Of a DNA stretch of 64,000 bases, positions 26,261 through 38,222 are shown piece after piece. Source of the DNA: Eledone cirrhosa (lineage: Eukaryota). The position numbers were made by a program, and so were the translations under genes. Every line of letters begins with the position of its first letter. Position 1 is the stretch's first letter. A model generated the notes under the pieces. It worked only from the letters and a program-made list of their open reading frames with translations, searched no databases and had not been told where the DNA came from. Where the stretch lies: contig OZ024740.1 in assembly GCA_964016885.1 (NCBI GenBank), positions 206,398,001 to 206,462,000 on the forward strand, in the 5' to 3' direction.

Positions 26261-26545
26261 GTTTCATTAGATAATTAAGGTAGCGTTTCACATATGTAAA
26301 TATATTGAGTTGAAAATCTTAGATCAGTTGAGATTGTCTAAGCAATTAGTAGACAAAAACTCCCCGTATGGGTATTTAAACAATAAGGTGTGCCAAGCAA
26401 AGGAGATAATTCCAATAAGTTGATCGAAATTTTGTACAGTATAGACAATACATATTGGTGTTAAAAGCCAAATGGTGAAAGCAACGGGTATGTTTTGCTC
26501 CCATAAAACCTCACAAGTGAAGCATACTCTACTAGTTGGCATAAC

Positions 26546-26836
26546 CAGAGTTGGATTAAGACCTTTGGGGGAGGGAGGCGTACTTCAGGTTTTGGGGGTG
26601 GCCCTTCATACAAAAAAAAAATTAGAATACACAGCAAATCCCCCAATTTTACATATCAAAGTGAGCTTGACAAAAGTAATTGGAATTGAAAAGTTATACA
26701 TACAGGTATTACATTCAAAAATTCTAACCACCCTAAAACTAAAACGCCCATCAAATTGCTGCGGCTGTCGCTGGTAGGGCCACTGCAGGGGCCCCGGGAC
26801 AATTTCTCCCTTTGCTTCCCATTAAATCCGATCCTG
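26546..26836. mobile_element. hAT-type MITE, opposite orientation to 36353-36631
   Basis: TIRs cagagttggatt / aatccgatcctg; 8-bp flanks ggcataac / ggcataat; internal sequence shared with the 27330 and 36353 copies. Confidence 0.8.
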
Positions 26837-27329
26837 GGCATAATGAAATACAGATGTAGTAACATTGATTCTGAATATCAACAATATGAATGAGGGGGAA
26901 TACTTTAGGTGGGATGCTCTGCATACTAAATATAAATACAGTAGGACCTCACATGTATCATCATGGTTTAAATAGAGGTTTTAATTAAATGTAGATCGAA
27001 TATTTTCCATTAACTATCTCATTGGATAATGTAATCCTTTGTAAAAAAAAAAAAAAAACAAGATGGTCATAGCTGGAATGCATTTTTGCAAAGGTCTGTT
27101 CAATCAAGACCGACCTATGGCTAAATAACAACCAGTTGGAAATACTAATGGAACAGTTTGGTCTTTCATTCTCTACAATAATCCCAATGTTACAAGAAGG
27201 AAAATATATTTGGTTCTACTCACTCTCTACCTATAGTTGTCTCTTCTAACAACTCACAGGTAATGGAAATAGTAAATTAACAATCACTTTCCTCAACACC
27301 ATTAGTCTCTCTACATATCTGGGTGGATG

Positions 27330-27560
27330 GGGCCACCAGCGACGGCTGTACCAATTTATTTGTGTCCTCAGCTGGGATTTTTAGGTTTAGGATGGTTAGA
27401 ATGTTTGAATTTAATACCTGTATGTATAACTTTTCAATTCCAATTACTTGCACCAAGCGAACTTTGATATGTAAAATTGTGGGGTTTGCTGTGTATTCTA
27501 ATATTTTGTGTATGAGCACCACCACCCCTAAATTGAAGTGCCCCAGGCCCTGTCTAGGAG
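27330..27560. mobile_element. Related MITE body, termini not resolved
   Basis: Internal ~170 bp nearly the same as 36430-36580 (ORF-track peptides GIEKLYIQVLNSNILT). Confidence 0.65.
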
Positions 27561-28018
27561 CCACCATTATGACTTCCATAGAGCTAAATTTATCAGGGAC
27601 TTGTTTTTCTTTATCATCACCAGTGGCCTATTATCGTCAGATGATTTCATCCCTAAATGAAACGGAACTAGTCCTATAAAAGTCACCACTTAATGAAATA
27701 AAATGCTCTCTTTACTTGATGTATTGAGTACCTTACTTTAATTCTACTCTTACAATGAACATCAATAAATGAAACAGAACTAGTTCAGTAAAAGTGGCCT
27801 TACAATATACCCCACTCATGTCACCACTCCCTCTACTATCATTCCTTAATAAACCCATTTTGGCCATTTGTATTTGCGATCGTATCCTTTCAAACATTAT
27901 ATATATTTTGAAATTATATATGAATGAATACGCACGTGTTTTTTTTTCCTAATTTTTTCGCCATTCCTTCCTCTTCCCACTCTCTATCTTTCTATTTCAT
28001 CTTTTATTTCTCATTCTA

Positions 28019-28054
28019 TCTTCTGATGAAGGACTAGTGTCCGAAATGTTAAGA
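28019..28054 (+). ncRNA. Minimal type I hammerhead-ribozyme-like motif (Penelope-associated type), probably degenerate
   Basis: tctt-CTGATGA-a-ggac tagt gtcc-GAAA-tg-TT-aaga: core boxes, 4-bp stem II, stem I tctt/aaga; stem III tgtt may be CpG-decayed cgtt. Confidence 0.55.
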
Positions 28055-28239
28055 CTCTTTTCCTATTTCAAACGTTAAACTAATATATTTCTTCATTGTA
28101 TTGTGTCGTTTGATTTGTTATTTCTGTTTACTTTTTAAACACACATACACATGAAAAGGCTTGCTGAACAAACAAGCCGAAATCGCTTGGCGCCGCGGTC
28201 GGGATTTTACATCTCTCTCTTTCTCTCCCTATATATATA

Positions 28240-28340
28240 TAATAATAATGACATTATTGTGTAAAGTGCTCAGGTGCACTACAACTCCTCAAAGGTGCAT
28301 GTATAGTACACAGAATAATATACAAATGTCAGGGAAGTGA
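28240..28340 (-). mobile_element. Isolated ~100-bp 3' end of the CR1-clade LINE at 50668-52655
   Basis: attattgtgtaaagtgctcaggtgcactacaactc...acaaatgtcagggaagt nearly identical to 50684-50769, with (AAT)n tail. Confidence 0.85.
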
Positions 28341-28412
28341 TATATATATATAGGAAAATGTTTAATCCCTATTACCCACTCCACTACCCTAAGTATTGAG
28401 TACTCTGGTGCG

Positions 28413-28556
<144 letters not shown>

Positions 28557-28688
28557 AAGTGGTTACACAACAGTTAGTTCATACCGTTTCACCTTAGCGG
28601 ATCCTCAGCTCGTAAATTACGAGCTGAGGACCCGCTAAGGTGAAACAATTGTTCTCGGTATGGTGAACTAATTATTGTGTAACCACTT
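28557..28688. mobile_element. ~130-bp fold-back palindrome containing a hammerhead-like motif; probable inverted Penelope-like terminal repeat
   Basis: Inner arms 28586-28615 / 28617-28646 (1 mismatch in 30), outer arms ~25 bp (2 mismatches); + strand 28620-28657 reads cgag-CTGAGGA-cccgctaaggt-GAAAC-aatt-GTT-ctcg. Confidence 0.65.
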
Positions 28689-28752
28689 CTACCTAATTCG
28701 TCCCATGGACTGAGTGCTCTACCACTACGGATATTACCTTCCAGTGTTCTAC

Positions 28753-28836
<84 letters not shown>

Positions 28837-28866
28837 GAAAATGTGTGAAATTCTTGGTGCAGTTAG

Positions 28867-29016
28867 GTATATTTGAAAAAAGGAAAAGAATGACTTCACT
28901 TGTAGTTCTAAATAATTTAATTTCATATTTTACAAGTTTGTTTTGGAGACAAAATTGTAAAATTATGATATTATAAAATTAAATTGAAGTCATTCTTTTC
29001 CTTTTTTCAAATATAC
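28867..29016. repeat. Perfect 32-bp inverted repeat around an 86-bp spacer (MITE-like)
   Basis: gtatatttgaaaaaaggaaaagaatgacttca (28867-28898) and its reverse complement (28985-29016). Confidence 0.75.
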
Positions 29017-30507
29017 ATGTATATGAAATTTGTGCATCCCAACACAAATGACCATAATAATAGCTAAGTACTATAAACAATAGTTGAAAAAATTGGGTTG
29101 AAATACTCCTGTGATGGTAAACCAAAATGGATAGAGATACCCCCCTTCCCCTCTAAATGGGGATAAAAACCTACAGCTGTTTGATGCCAGGCTGGTACAG
29201 GGAGAGAGTATGACTGAGAGAGAGGGGGAGAGATACAGATCAGATAGATAGAGAGAGAGTAAGAATGAGTGAGAGAAGTGTATGTTTGGGTGTGGGTATG
29301 AATGAGAATATATAATTCTAAAAGACAATAAAAGGGAGTTATAATGATAATAATTAATATTTTGCTACGTGATTAAATGAAAAAGTAAAATGAAAGGAAA
29401 CGAGAGGAAAGCTAGATTTACAACAGTTGTGAAGACCTGTTTACGACATAACGGCGGCAAATAAAATTGTATTTTCTGTGAGTTAAAGTTTCTTTCTCCT
29501 GTCGTTTAGTCTTCTGTTTACTGTTTATTTTAATCAATGTCTTTTTGGCACTCTCTCCACTCATATATATATATATAGAGAGAGAGAGCCACATTCAGGT
29601 CTTTCCTTATTTCACTTATTAATACGCATTTAAAAAATGGTTAAATTTTGTTTTAGGTTGGTAAAAAGAGAAAGTAATGTTTATATAAAACAACGCAATA
29701 TATGAAAAGTTAATCAAGGAATGTTTCTATTTTATCCTTTAAAATATATTTTAGCGAGATAAAATCTTCAGTGTCACCGTCCACCCTTCACACTAAATAA
29801 CGACTAAGACCATCATTACATATTTTTTAATATACTCTGTTGTTAACAAAAAATTGTATTTTTCTCGAACGAAACTAAGTCTTCACATGTTCAAACACTG
29901 TCAGGGTCGTAACATAAGAACTAGGATTGATATCGACTAATCCCCACCTCCTTTCTGATCTTGTGTCTCGCCGAGGTCAGCTGTTTTTCATATTACGCGT
30001 TCTATAAAAAGAAAAAAAAGTACCAGTTATATATTGTGGTCGATTTCATCAACTTTCCCCTCCCCATGAATTGCCGGTTCATCTCGGTGGGATTTTGTTA
30101 TTTATTCATTTAAAGGTGAATCCCCCCCCCCCCCCTCTATTCAGAGTTTTCTTTTAATAAGTATATAATAAATAAATAAAAATAGACAAAGAAGATTAAA
30201 AATGACATGTACACTCCCTCAAATACACACAACAGAGAATGCCGGTGTTACCCCCTGAAATATGCTTAAGGTAACCCAAAACATGGCATTACCGGTTGAG
30301 TAAATGTCACTTATGAAAGATCAACGAATCTTGAAACAGCGCTGTCTGGCATTCTCGACTGCTACTGACATCTATGACGTATTCCCAGAAAATATTTTTT
30401 TCGTAACGAAAAAATATTTTTACTTTGATAGTGGAGTTACCATTTGTTTATTATGTATAAAAATATAGCATATGCTTTCGTATATAACCCTATTATATAT
30501 ATATATA

Positions 30508-30705
30508 AGTGGTCATGTAGGTGTCACAACGAAAAGTACCCAGTACTCACTGTAAATGTGGTTGGCCTTAGGAAGGGCATCCAACTGTAGAAACCAAGCC
30601 AAAGTCAGTTCTGTATGAGCAAGACAGTCATCTGGCCTGACATTTCTCACAACTGGACAACTCGTCTAACCCATGCTTGCACGGGAAAATGGACGTGATG
30701 ATGAT
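30508..30705 (+). mobile_element. SINE/RTE-type 3' tail
   Basis: gtggttggccttaggaagggcatccaactgtagaaacc...ggaaaatggacgtgatgatgat. Confidence 0.75.
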
Positions 30706-31240
30706 GTATATATGTATGAGTGTGTATCCAATCTAATAATAGGCATAATGTATCTGTAAATATTTTTTTTTTCTGAATGTAACTTTTCATAATGTCTCTT
30801 CCCCTCCCCCTATTTCTCACTCTTGTGACTTTACTAACAGATAATCTTCTTTCTTTTCCTCAAAGGAACTCTGCTGTTGTGTGAGAGAAATGATGATAGT
30901 GATACATCATAGAAGATAATTTTAATGACCAGAGAGAGAGAGAGAGCAAGAAGACTAAAGAAGGAAGAAAAACAGAGTTTTATATCACAAATACTAAAAA
31001 AAAGGGAAGAGAGTTTGAAAGGGTAAAAGTAAATATTTATATTATAACAGTCAATATGAATACAATATCGGTCTCTAATTTCTTAAAGAAGTATATTTAG
31101 AAGGATACCATTAGCCAGTTACCCCTCCATCCAGGAAACCTCCTCTCTCTTTCACTTCAATATATCCATTGTTTGGTGTTTTTAACTATCTAGAGTTTTT
31201 CTCTCATTCTTTCACATGAGTCATGCATATTTAATAACTT

Positions 31241-31442
31241 TTAACCCTTTAATATTTACATTACTCTATATTTACTATTATATTTTCACGGTAAAGGCTT
31301 TATCTCACATAATATCGAATATGAGATTTTGATATTGTTTATTTTGAGAACAATATCTTAACGTCAGTATGACCGGCCGGTTTCAGGCAGTTTGAACAGA
31401 AAGAGGTGGGAGAATCCTGGCTGGATATGGCTGGTTTAAATG
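31241..31442. mobile_element. piggyBac-type MITE, degenerate right end; further copies ~38754-38955 and ~49155-49357 (reversed)
   Basis: ttaaccctttaatatttacattactc start and body similar to 44381-44590. Confidence 0.65.
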
Positions 31443-31815
31443 TATTTGAATTGCTATAAATTGTCACTTGTTTATTGCGTGTATGTTCTATGTACTACAT
31501 ATCTATAACATCATCATCGTCGATTAATGTCTATCTTCCACGCTAGCATGGGTTAGATGGGTTTGTCCCAATTAGAGGCAAGTTGGGTCGGGTGACCGTA
31601 TCTCGCTCATATAGGAGAGTTTCTGGCTGGGTCCCCTTCCTAATGCCAATATCATATGTCTGTGTTTACTGTATGTCTTAGAGTTATGACTGATTTATAT
31701 ATATCTTACCTGTTCCAGTTAATAATCTGAGGCCTTGCTGGGACACCACTTGTTTTTATGTCTGTTATATTTACTGTATGTTTGTCTTCACTTTATACAG
31801 AAGAACCCTGATAAA

Positions 31816-31951
31816 ATGACATCTACTGAAGTAGAACCATTGAAAATGAGTCTGACTGAATTAAAATCAGCCTCAAAATCTAATGGCAATGAAAATAAGT
31901 TAGAATTATTACTGAAAGAAGTTTACCGAACGCACAAGGACATTATTAAAT
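31816..31951 (+). CDS. RBBP8: CtIP/RBBP8 coding exon 1 (MTSTEVEPLK...HKDIIK)
   Basis: Acceptor tacag at 31800, ATG 31816, donor gtaagt at 31952 (phase 1); helical N-terminus; phase fits exon 2. A non-coding upstream exon is implied. Confidence 0.75.
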
Positions 31952-32162
31952 GTAAGTGGAACTTGTTTTATTCTTTATTATAGCTGTGTAATTTTCTTTT
32001 AGACTTATTTATAGTAGTTTCAGTCATTAGATTGTGGCTAAGGTTGGAGCACTGCTTTCAAGAGAGATAATTGATCGCATCAACTTCATTACTTATTGTT
32101 TATAAGTCAGGTACTTATTGGATCTCTATTGAACTGTTAAGACAAACAATATATGATAGGTT

Positions 32163-32360
32163 TGTGATTTAGGCACAAAGCCAACAATTTTGGAGAGGGG
32201 AAGTTGATTAAATCGACCCGTTTGTTACTGGTACTTTATTTTGTCAACCCTGTAAAGTTGAAAGGCAAAGCTAACCTCGTTGGGATTTGAACTCAGAGCG
32301 TAAATGGCCATAACTCTATGCCGCAAAGCATGTGTTCAACTCTCTGTCGATACTGCCAGT
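32163..32360 (-). mobile_element. tRNA-derived SINE (22910 family)
   Basis: ctggtactttattttgtcaaccctgtaaagttgaaaggcaaag...gggatttgaactcag...gatactgcca. Confidence 0.7.
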
Positions 32361-32689
32361 CTGTCATGTTTAAGTATAATAAACTTATATAAGTATCGCT
32401 ACAGTTGTTTTAAGCCGTGATCATGTCACAGCTACCTCAGTAGCCACATGAGAATGTCGGACACTAATATTTTCGGATTTTCATGATCATAACATAAACT
32501 ATTCATAGCAAGACTTATATATGTTTATAATTCATAAACACATCAAATATGCCTTCATGCTCACCTCTATTATAAATCACACTGTGTTAGTGCTACTGCT
32601 AATTGATCCTTGTCAGTCAAACTTACATTATGCATAAAAATATTGTATATGCTTTCATATGTACCTCATATATATATATATGATCATCA

Positions 32690-33090
32690 TTATATGTGGT
32701 TGGTGTTAGGAAGGGCATCCAGCTGTAAAAAAACCTGCCAGAGACACTTCCATACGAACAAGACATGGTCTCCTGACCATTCACGCATCAAATGGAACAA
32801 AACAGTCTAACCCATGCTAGCGTGGAAGATGGACGTTAAATGATGATGATGATAACCATCATCATCATCATCACTGTTTAACGTCCATTTTCCATCCTTG
32901 CATGGGTTAGACGTGTTGTCCTATTTGAGGCAAGTCGGGTCAAATGACCATGTTTTGCTCATACAGAACTGATTTTGACATGGTTTCTATGGCTATATGC
33001 CTTTCCTAATGCCAATCACATTTACAGTAAGTACTGAGTGCTTTTTGTTGTGATTCCTACACAACTACTTTACAGTGTGGGCTGTACATG
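32690..33090. mobile_element. Two SINE/RTE-type 3' tails arranged tail-to-tail
   Basis: + copy ends gatgatgatgat (~32853), - copy begins catcatcatc (~32857). Confidence 0.75.
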
Positions 33091-33225
33091 ACCAGTGTGT
33101 ATGTATACAGTGGTCCTCTTTACAGTTTCTGTGTATCGCAGCCATGCCTGCACCTAATTGTTAGAGATTTTTCATGACTATTTACAGAAATTGAAATATT
33201 GTCTACATCATTTTTTTTCTAACAG

Positions 33226-33280
33226 CATCCAGTAATGTATGGAAAGATAAGTTTGAGAAGATGAAGACATTGAAAAACAA
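33226..33280 (+). CDS. RBBP8: CtIP/RBBP8 coding exon 2 (SSSNVWKDKFEKMKTLKN)
   Basis: ttttttctaacag acceptor, gtaagt donor, phases 1->2, open frame. Confidence 0.75.
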
Positions 33281-33344
33281 GTAAGTCTTGTGTCTCTTTA
33301 ACTCAAATACTCACACTATCTCATCTTTCAAATATTCTTATCCT

Positions 33345-33835
33345 CCCTTCTCCTCTCTCACCTCTACACTTACCCTCTCCTCTCTCACCTCTACACTTAC
33401 CCTCTCCTTCCTCTCTCACCTCTACACTTACCCTCTCCTTCCTCTCTCACCTCTACACTTACCCTCTCCTCTCTCACCTCTACACTTACCCTCTCCTCTC
33501 TCACCTCTACACTTACCCTCTCCTCTCTCACCTCTACACTTACCCTCTCCTCTCTCACCTCTACACTTACCCTCTCCTTCCTCTCTCACCTCTACACTTA
33601 CCCTCTCCTCTCTCACCTCTACACTTACCCTCTCCTCTCTCACCTCTACACTTACCCTCTCCTCTCTCACCTCTACACTTACCCTCTCCTCTCTCACCTC
33701 TACACTTACCTTCTCCTCTCTCACCTCTACACTTACCCTCTCCTCTCTCACCTCTACACTTACCCTCTCCTCTCTCACCTCTACACTTACCCTCTCCTCT
33801 CTCACCTCTACACTTACCCTCTCCTTCCTCTCTCT
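33345..33835. repeat. 27-bp pyrimidine-rich intronic minisatellite (ctctcctctctcacctctacacttacc), about 17 copies, some with a 4-nt insertion
   Basis: Directly visible; ORF-track period SSLTSTLTL. Confidence 0.95.
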
Positions 33836-34194
33836 AACTATTCACATTCTCTATCCCTTCTTAATGTTGTTGGTAGGCAACTCTCATTTTAACCTACTTT
33901 CAATTATGAAGGACTAACAATGTTCAATTCTTTAGCTCAAGACTCTTTCTTTCCTTTCTTTCCCTATACTTCCTTTCATTTACCAACTCTACTGTCAATT
34001 ACTTGTGCCAGAATTTCTGAACCTCACTAAACACAAAATGATGCCAGGATGTAAACCTTCAATTCTCCAATGATACCTTAAAACTGCTATCTTATTCAAA
34101 CATCCACCCCAACTTCTGCAACCTTTTAAATGAAAAGCTCTAAGCTATGTTTTTGTTTGTTGTTTTTTTTTGTATAAATTGTTATTGTTTTTAG

Positions 34195-34281
34195 AATTTC
34201 AGCCTCCAAGAAATCCCTCCAAATGGAATGTGATTCATTAAAAGAAGAAAATAAATCATTAAAAGAGTTCCAAAAATCTTA
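34195..34281 (+). CDS. RBBP8: CtIP/RBBP8 coding exon 3 (coiled coil, ISASKKSLQMECDSLKEENKSLKEFQKS)
   Basis: ttttttag acceptor, gtgagt donor, phases 2->2, heptad pattern. Confidence 0.8.
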
Positions 34282-34344
34282 GTGAGTAAATTATATCTAC
34301 ACACCACATATTAACACTTGTTATTATACACACGCATATATACA

Positions 34345-35230
34345 TATCATCATCATTTAACGTCCATTTTCCATGCTAACATGGGTTAGATGAGTTGTCC
34401 TGTTGTGAGATAGGCCAGGTCAGGTGACCATGTGTTGCTCATATAGAACTGATTTTGCCTTGGTGTCTACAGCTGGATGCCCTTCTAAATGCCAACCACA
34501 TTTATAAATATCATCTTTCATATGCATCACATGTCCATACCAATGCAATCTCCTCTCCTGTCCACTACATCTGATTCCTCTTATGCCTAGTTTCTCTCTC
34601 AGTTCATGTATGCTTTGCTGTTCACATCCATTGAAGCATGCAAGCTTCATTTCTTTTGAATCTTCACAGCAACCAAGCCTCACTACCATGCAACATCGCT
34701 GTTTGTATACTTGCATCATGCAATCTGCCTTTCATTCTGAGGGAAAAGCATTTTGTAGCTGGAAATGGTAGCTCCCTGAACTTCTTTCTTCTTGTTATCT
34801 CTCTGGCTACTGTACTTTCAGAACACCCACCTCTGCTGCTAATTTGGTCACCCAGGTAGCAGAAGCTGTCTACTGCTTCTACCAAACCTTCCCAAAATTT
34901 GATAGCATTTGTTTCCTGTGGTCATTTACTGCTTACTGTTCTGATGCAACAGCTACATGTAAAAACTTTCATTCTTAGCTAAACTACCTGAGATCCCACT
35001 ACATCTTTTGTGTACCCATAGTTTGCATTTGGAGTAGAGGATGACATTTCTACCTACACCTTTCCTAAACACTGAGCATGGTCATTTCCCCAAGGGAATT
35101 AAGGCTCTGTTTTCCCTTCTACTTACTAGGACCTTAGTCTTTGTCAGGTTAACTTTAAGACCCTTTGTTTCTAGGCCATGCTTCCAGGTTTGGAATTTAT
35201 TCTCTAATTCTACCATAGATTCATGGCATG
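34345..35230 (-). mobile_element. Degenerate RTE LINE fragment
   Basis: Reverse-strand peptides VDSFCYLGDQISSRGGCSES...MLHGSEAW and RRLHWYGHVMHM; (ATC)n tail at left. Confidence 0.85.
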
Positions 35231-35394
35231 TAATGAGGTAAAAAGATGTAGGCTGTTAATCTGGAAGAAGCCTATTGTTATCCATAACTTTAAATATACA
35301 AACATTAAAGCATCATACCACACAACTCCCTAACTACTTATAAAGAGGAGATGTTTAAATAAATGTTGATCATTTTTGTTTGATATTCATATAG

Positions 35395-35510
35395 CTTAAA
35401 CCTCAGGGAGAATTGTAAGAACTGTGAACATCTTCAACTTGCATTGGTCACCTTGAGGAAATCTTTTCAAATGAGTTTTGATGAGCAAGACAAATTAATA
35501 CAACATCTGG
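35395..35510 (+). CDS. RBBP8: CtIP/RBBP8 coding exon 4 with N-terminal CxxC (YLNLRENCKNCEHLQL...)
   Basis: atag acceptor, gtaagt donor, phases 2->1; CKNC within a coiled coil corresponds to vertebrate CDRC. Confidence 0.85.
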
Positions 35511-35539
35511 GTAAGTTGAATTTTTTTTCATTTTTACTT

Positions 35540-35725
35540 GCTGGTAGCTTCTATAGTAGCTGTTGTTATTCTATCTGGTATCATCTATAGTAGCTGTTGT
35601 TATCATTCTATCTGGTATCTTCTGTAGTAGCTGTTGTCATTATTCTATCTGGTAGCTTCTGTAGTGGCTGTTGTTATCATTCTATCTGGTAGCTTCTGTA
35701 GTGGCTGTTGTAGTCATTCTATCTT
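35540..35725. repeat. ~35-bp tandem repeat, about 5 copies
   Basis: ctggtagcttctgtagtagctgttgttatcattctat repeated. Confidence 0.8.
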
Positions 35726-36352
35726 TAAATCTTATGTGCAAGTTGTTAACTTTCTCAAGTCAACAATGTCTGATATTAAGGTGCTGAGCTACTAACCACA
35801 ATATCATATGTTACTAATCACAGATTATTCCCCTTAGCACGATATAGACCAAAACTAATTACCTTCCCAATCCTAGTTCTCTAGAATGACATCCATCTAT
35901 AATTCTTTTCCTGTTTATTTTGCCTACTGCCATTCCAGCAGGACATAAATTGTGTCAAACTCACACTGGTTTCAGATTTTTTATGAAAGCCATGGCGCCA
36001 ACTCATTTACCACAGAAAACTATTTAAAGAAATACAACTCTGCTTGTTCCATTTTCGTCTGATTGAATATTTCAGTTATAATGGTCTGCGTCTCCCTCAC
36101 CATCCTCCAAGGAAATGCCTACTCCATTCTGTCCATTGGGGCCGCGTGGCAGCCAGCGCGTGGGCTCCCATTTGCTCATAATAGTGAGAGATGGAGTGAG
36201 CGGGAGAGACGGAGGCAGTGACAGCGGGATTTTGGTTCTTTTGTGTTCGGTCCTTGTGTATATGATACATCCAGCTGTAGAAACAGTTCCTAGTCAGGAA
36301 AAAGTGTCAAGTAGTAAAGAAGAAAAATCTTTCTGAGTCAATAGCTCCCATG

Positions 36353-36631
36353 CAGGGCTGGATTAATGGGGGGCAAAGGGGGCATTGTCCCAGGGGCCCC
36401 CTACAGTGGGGGACTGTAGGAGTTTATTTCTGCCCTCAGCTGGGCTTTTTAGATTTACGATAGTTAGAATGTTTGAATTTAATACCTGTATATATAACTT
36501 TTCAATTCCAATTACTTGTGCCAAGCTAACTTTGATATGTGAAATTGGGGGGTCTGCTATGTATTCTAATTTTTTGTGTATAAGTGTCCCCTCCCCAAAC
36601 CTGGACCCCCCAAGGTCTAAATCCAACCCTG
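36353..36631. mobile_element. hAT-type MITE with perfect 8-bp TSD
   Basis: TIRs cagggctggatt / aatccaaccctg; TSD ctcccatg at 36345-36352 and 36632-36639. Confidence 0.9.
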
Positions 36632-36735
36632 CTCCCATGGCCCCTAATTAACAGCTACTACACATACTTATTATTCTATCTCTACTATATTACTGTTGAT
36701 ACTGAGAAGACAGTGAAATAGAAAACTAAATTATG

Positions 36736-37170
36736 ATCATCATCATCATATCTCTGTTTTTCCATGTTTGCATGGATTAGATGGGTCTTTTCCAGTACAG
36801 TATCCCTCCACTCATTCACCTTTGTGAGCTTTAGTGATTTGAGATCAGCTATCACCACCTCTGGCCAGGTATTCCTTCGTCTTCTACTGCAACTTCCTTC
36901 CACTGGGATTTCTTGCCACTTCTTCACTCTACAATCATCATCCATACACATCATGTCTATACCAATGCAGTCTTCTCTCTTGCACACTAAATCTGATTCC
37001 TCATATACCCAGTTTTTCTCAACTCATCCATGCTTCATCGTTCACGCACATTAACATTTCAAATCCATTGAAGCATGCTTGCTTCATTTCTCTCTAGCCT
37101 TTATATATCCTCTACATTCACTGTTCATGTTTCACTACCATGCAACATCGCACATTACACGCAAGCATTT
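36736..37170 (-). mobile_element. Degenerate RTE LINE 3' end; similar short copies at 37770-38015, 40366-40537 and 41770-42240 (all -)
   Basis: Reverse-strand peptides such as VKKCQDIPVEGSCSRGRQRKTWAEVVRADLK; (ATC)n tails. Confidence 0.8.
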
Positions 37171-37356
37171 GTTAATGCTGAAGAGGCAGCCGAGTGGAAG
37201 ACTAAAATACATTTATGCTACTGCTAAAAGTGGAAGAATCACATATAAAATATAGTGTAACCTTTTATACCCTGGCATCATCAATTGTTGTATATAGACA
37301 TAGAAAATCTATAGTTTACTCTTTATTAAAAGTTGTTTACTCTATTATTTTGTCAG

Positions 37357-37399
37357 GTAACCAACTAGCTACCACCTGTAAAGACCAGTCTATTGACAG
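37357..37399 (+). CDS. RBBP8: CtIP/RBBP8 coding exon 5 (GNQLATTCKDQSID)
   Basis: ttttgtcag acceptor, gtaagt donor, phases 1->2, needed to bridge exons 4 and 6. Confidence 0.75.
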
Positions 37400-38137
37400 G
37401 TAAGTGAGTATTTATTCTAATGAGGAATGATATTGTGGAAGCTTCTGTAGAATACTTGTGAGAGTAAAGACAGGCTGGTAATTGTAAGTGGTGGTGGTGA
37501 AAGTAGAGCCTGTGCTGGTAGTGGTTTAGTCTCAGATCAGTTCTGATTGAGCAGACCCATGGTCAAAGTCATTCCAACTTTGAACATCTTATCTTATGTT
37601 TTTCTAAATATAGTGTATCTAGGACTACATTATATAGAATGCTCTATTTTTAAGATATTTGACTCTGATTTGAGTGAGATTTGACTTCTATTTCTAGAGG
37701 CTCACTTGTGGATTTGTACAAAGATGTTGGTTTGGAATGGTTTTTATGTGAATTACTTCACTAAATTTAAATCATCATCATCATCATCGTTTTTACGTCC
37801 GCTTTTCCATGCTTGCATGGGTCCTTTTCAGCACAGCATCTTTCCACTTGCCACTCTCATTCGTCTTTTTCTTTACAAGTCTCAGTGATTTGAGATCAGC
37901 TCTCACCACCTCTGCCCAGGTCTTCCTTTGTCTACCTCTACTGCAGCTTCCTTCCACTGGGATATCCTGGCACTTCTTCACCCAGCAATCATTATCCATG
38001 TGCATCTTGTCCAACAAACATAATTGACATTAAAACATCTTTTCTTTAGAAGTGTTTAGGTGGTTGTGTATTTAAAGATAATGAAGGGTTTATTTTAGTG
38101 TTGAAATTTTGTCCATTATATTTAATATCTTATACAG

Positions 38138-38222
38138 CTCCTCCGTAAAGCTCAGCCTTGATAATGAAAAACATAATCGTCTGAGACTGAAATCCTTACA
38201 AAAGAAGGTTGTCTACACACAG
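38138..38222 (+). CDS. RBBP8: CtIP/RBBP8 coding exon 6 (SSVKLSLDNEKHNRLRLKSLQKKVVYTQ)
   Basis: tatacag acceptor, gtaact donor, phases 2->0. Confidence 0.75.

Noticed and set aside
33288-33917. 209-aa and 125-aa repetitive ORFs
   Set aside because: Translations of the 27-bp intronic minisatellite.
36070-36300. GC-rich island in RBBP8 intron 4 as an extra exon
   Set aside because: No convincing splice sites and exons 4-5 already join in phase; probably an unrecognised TE fragment.
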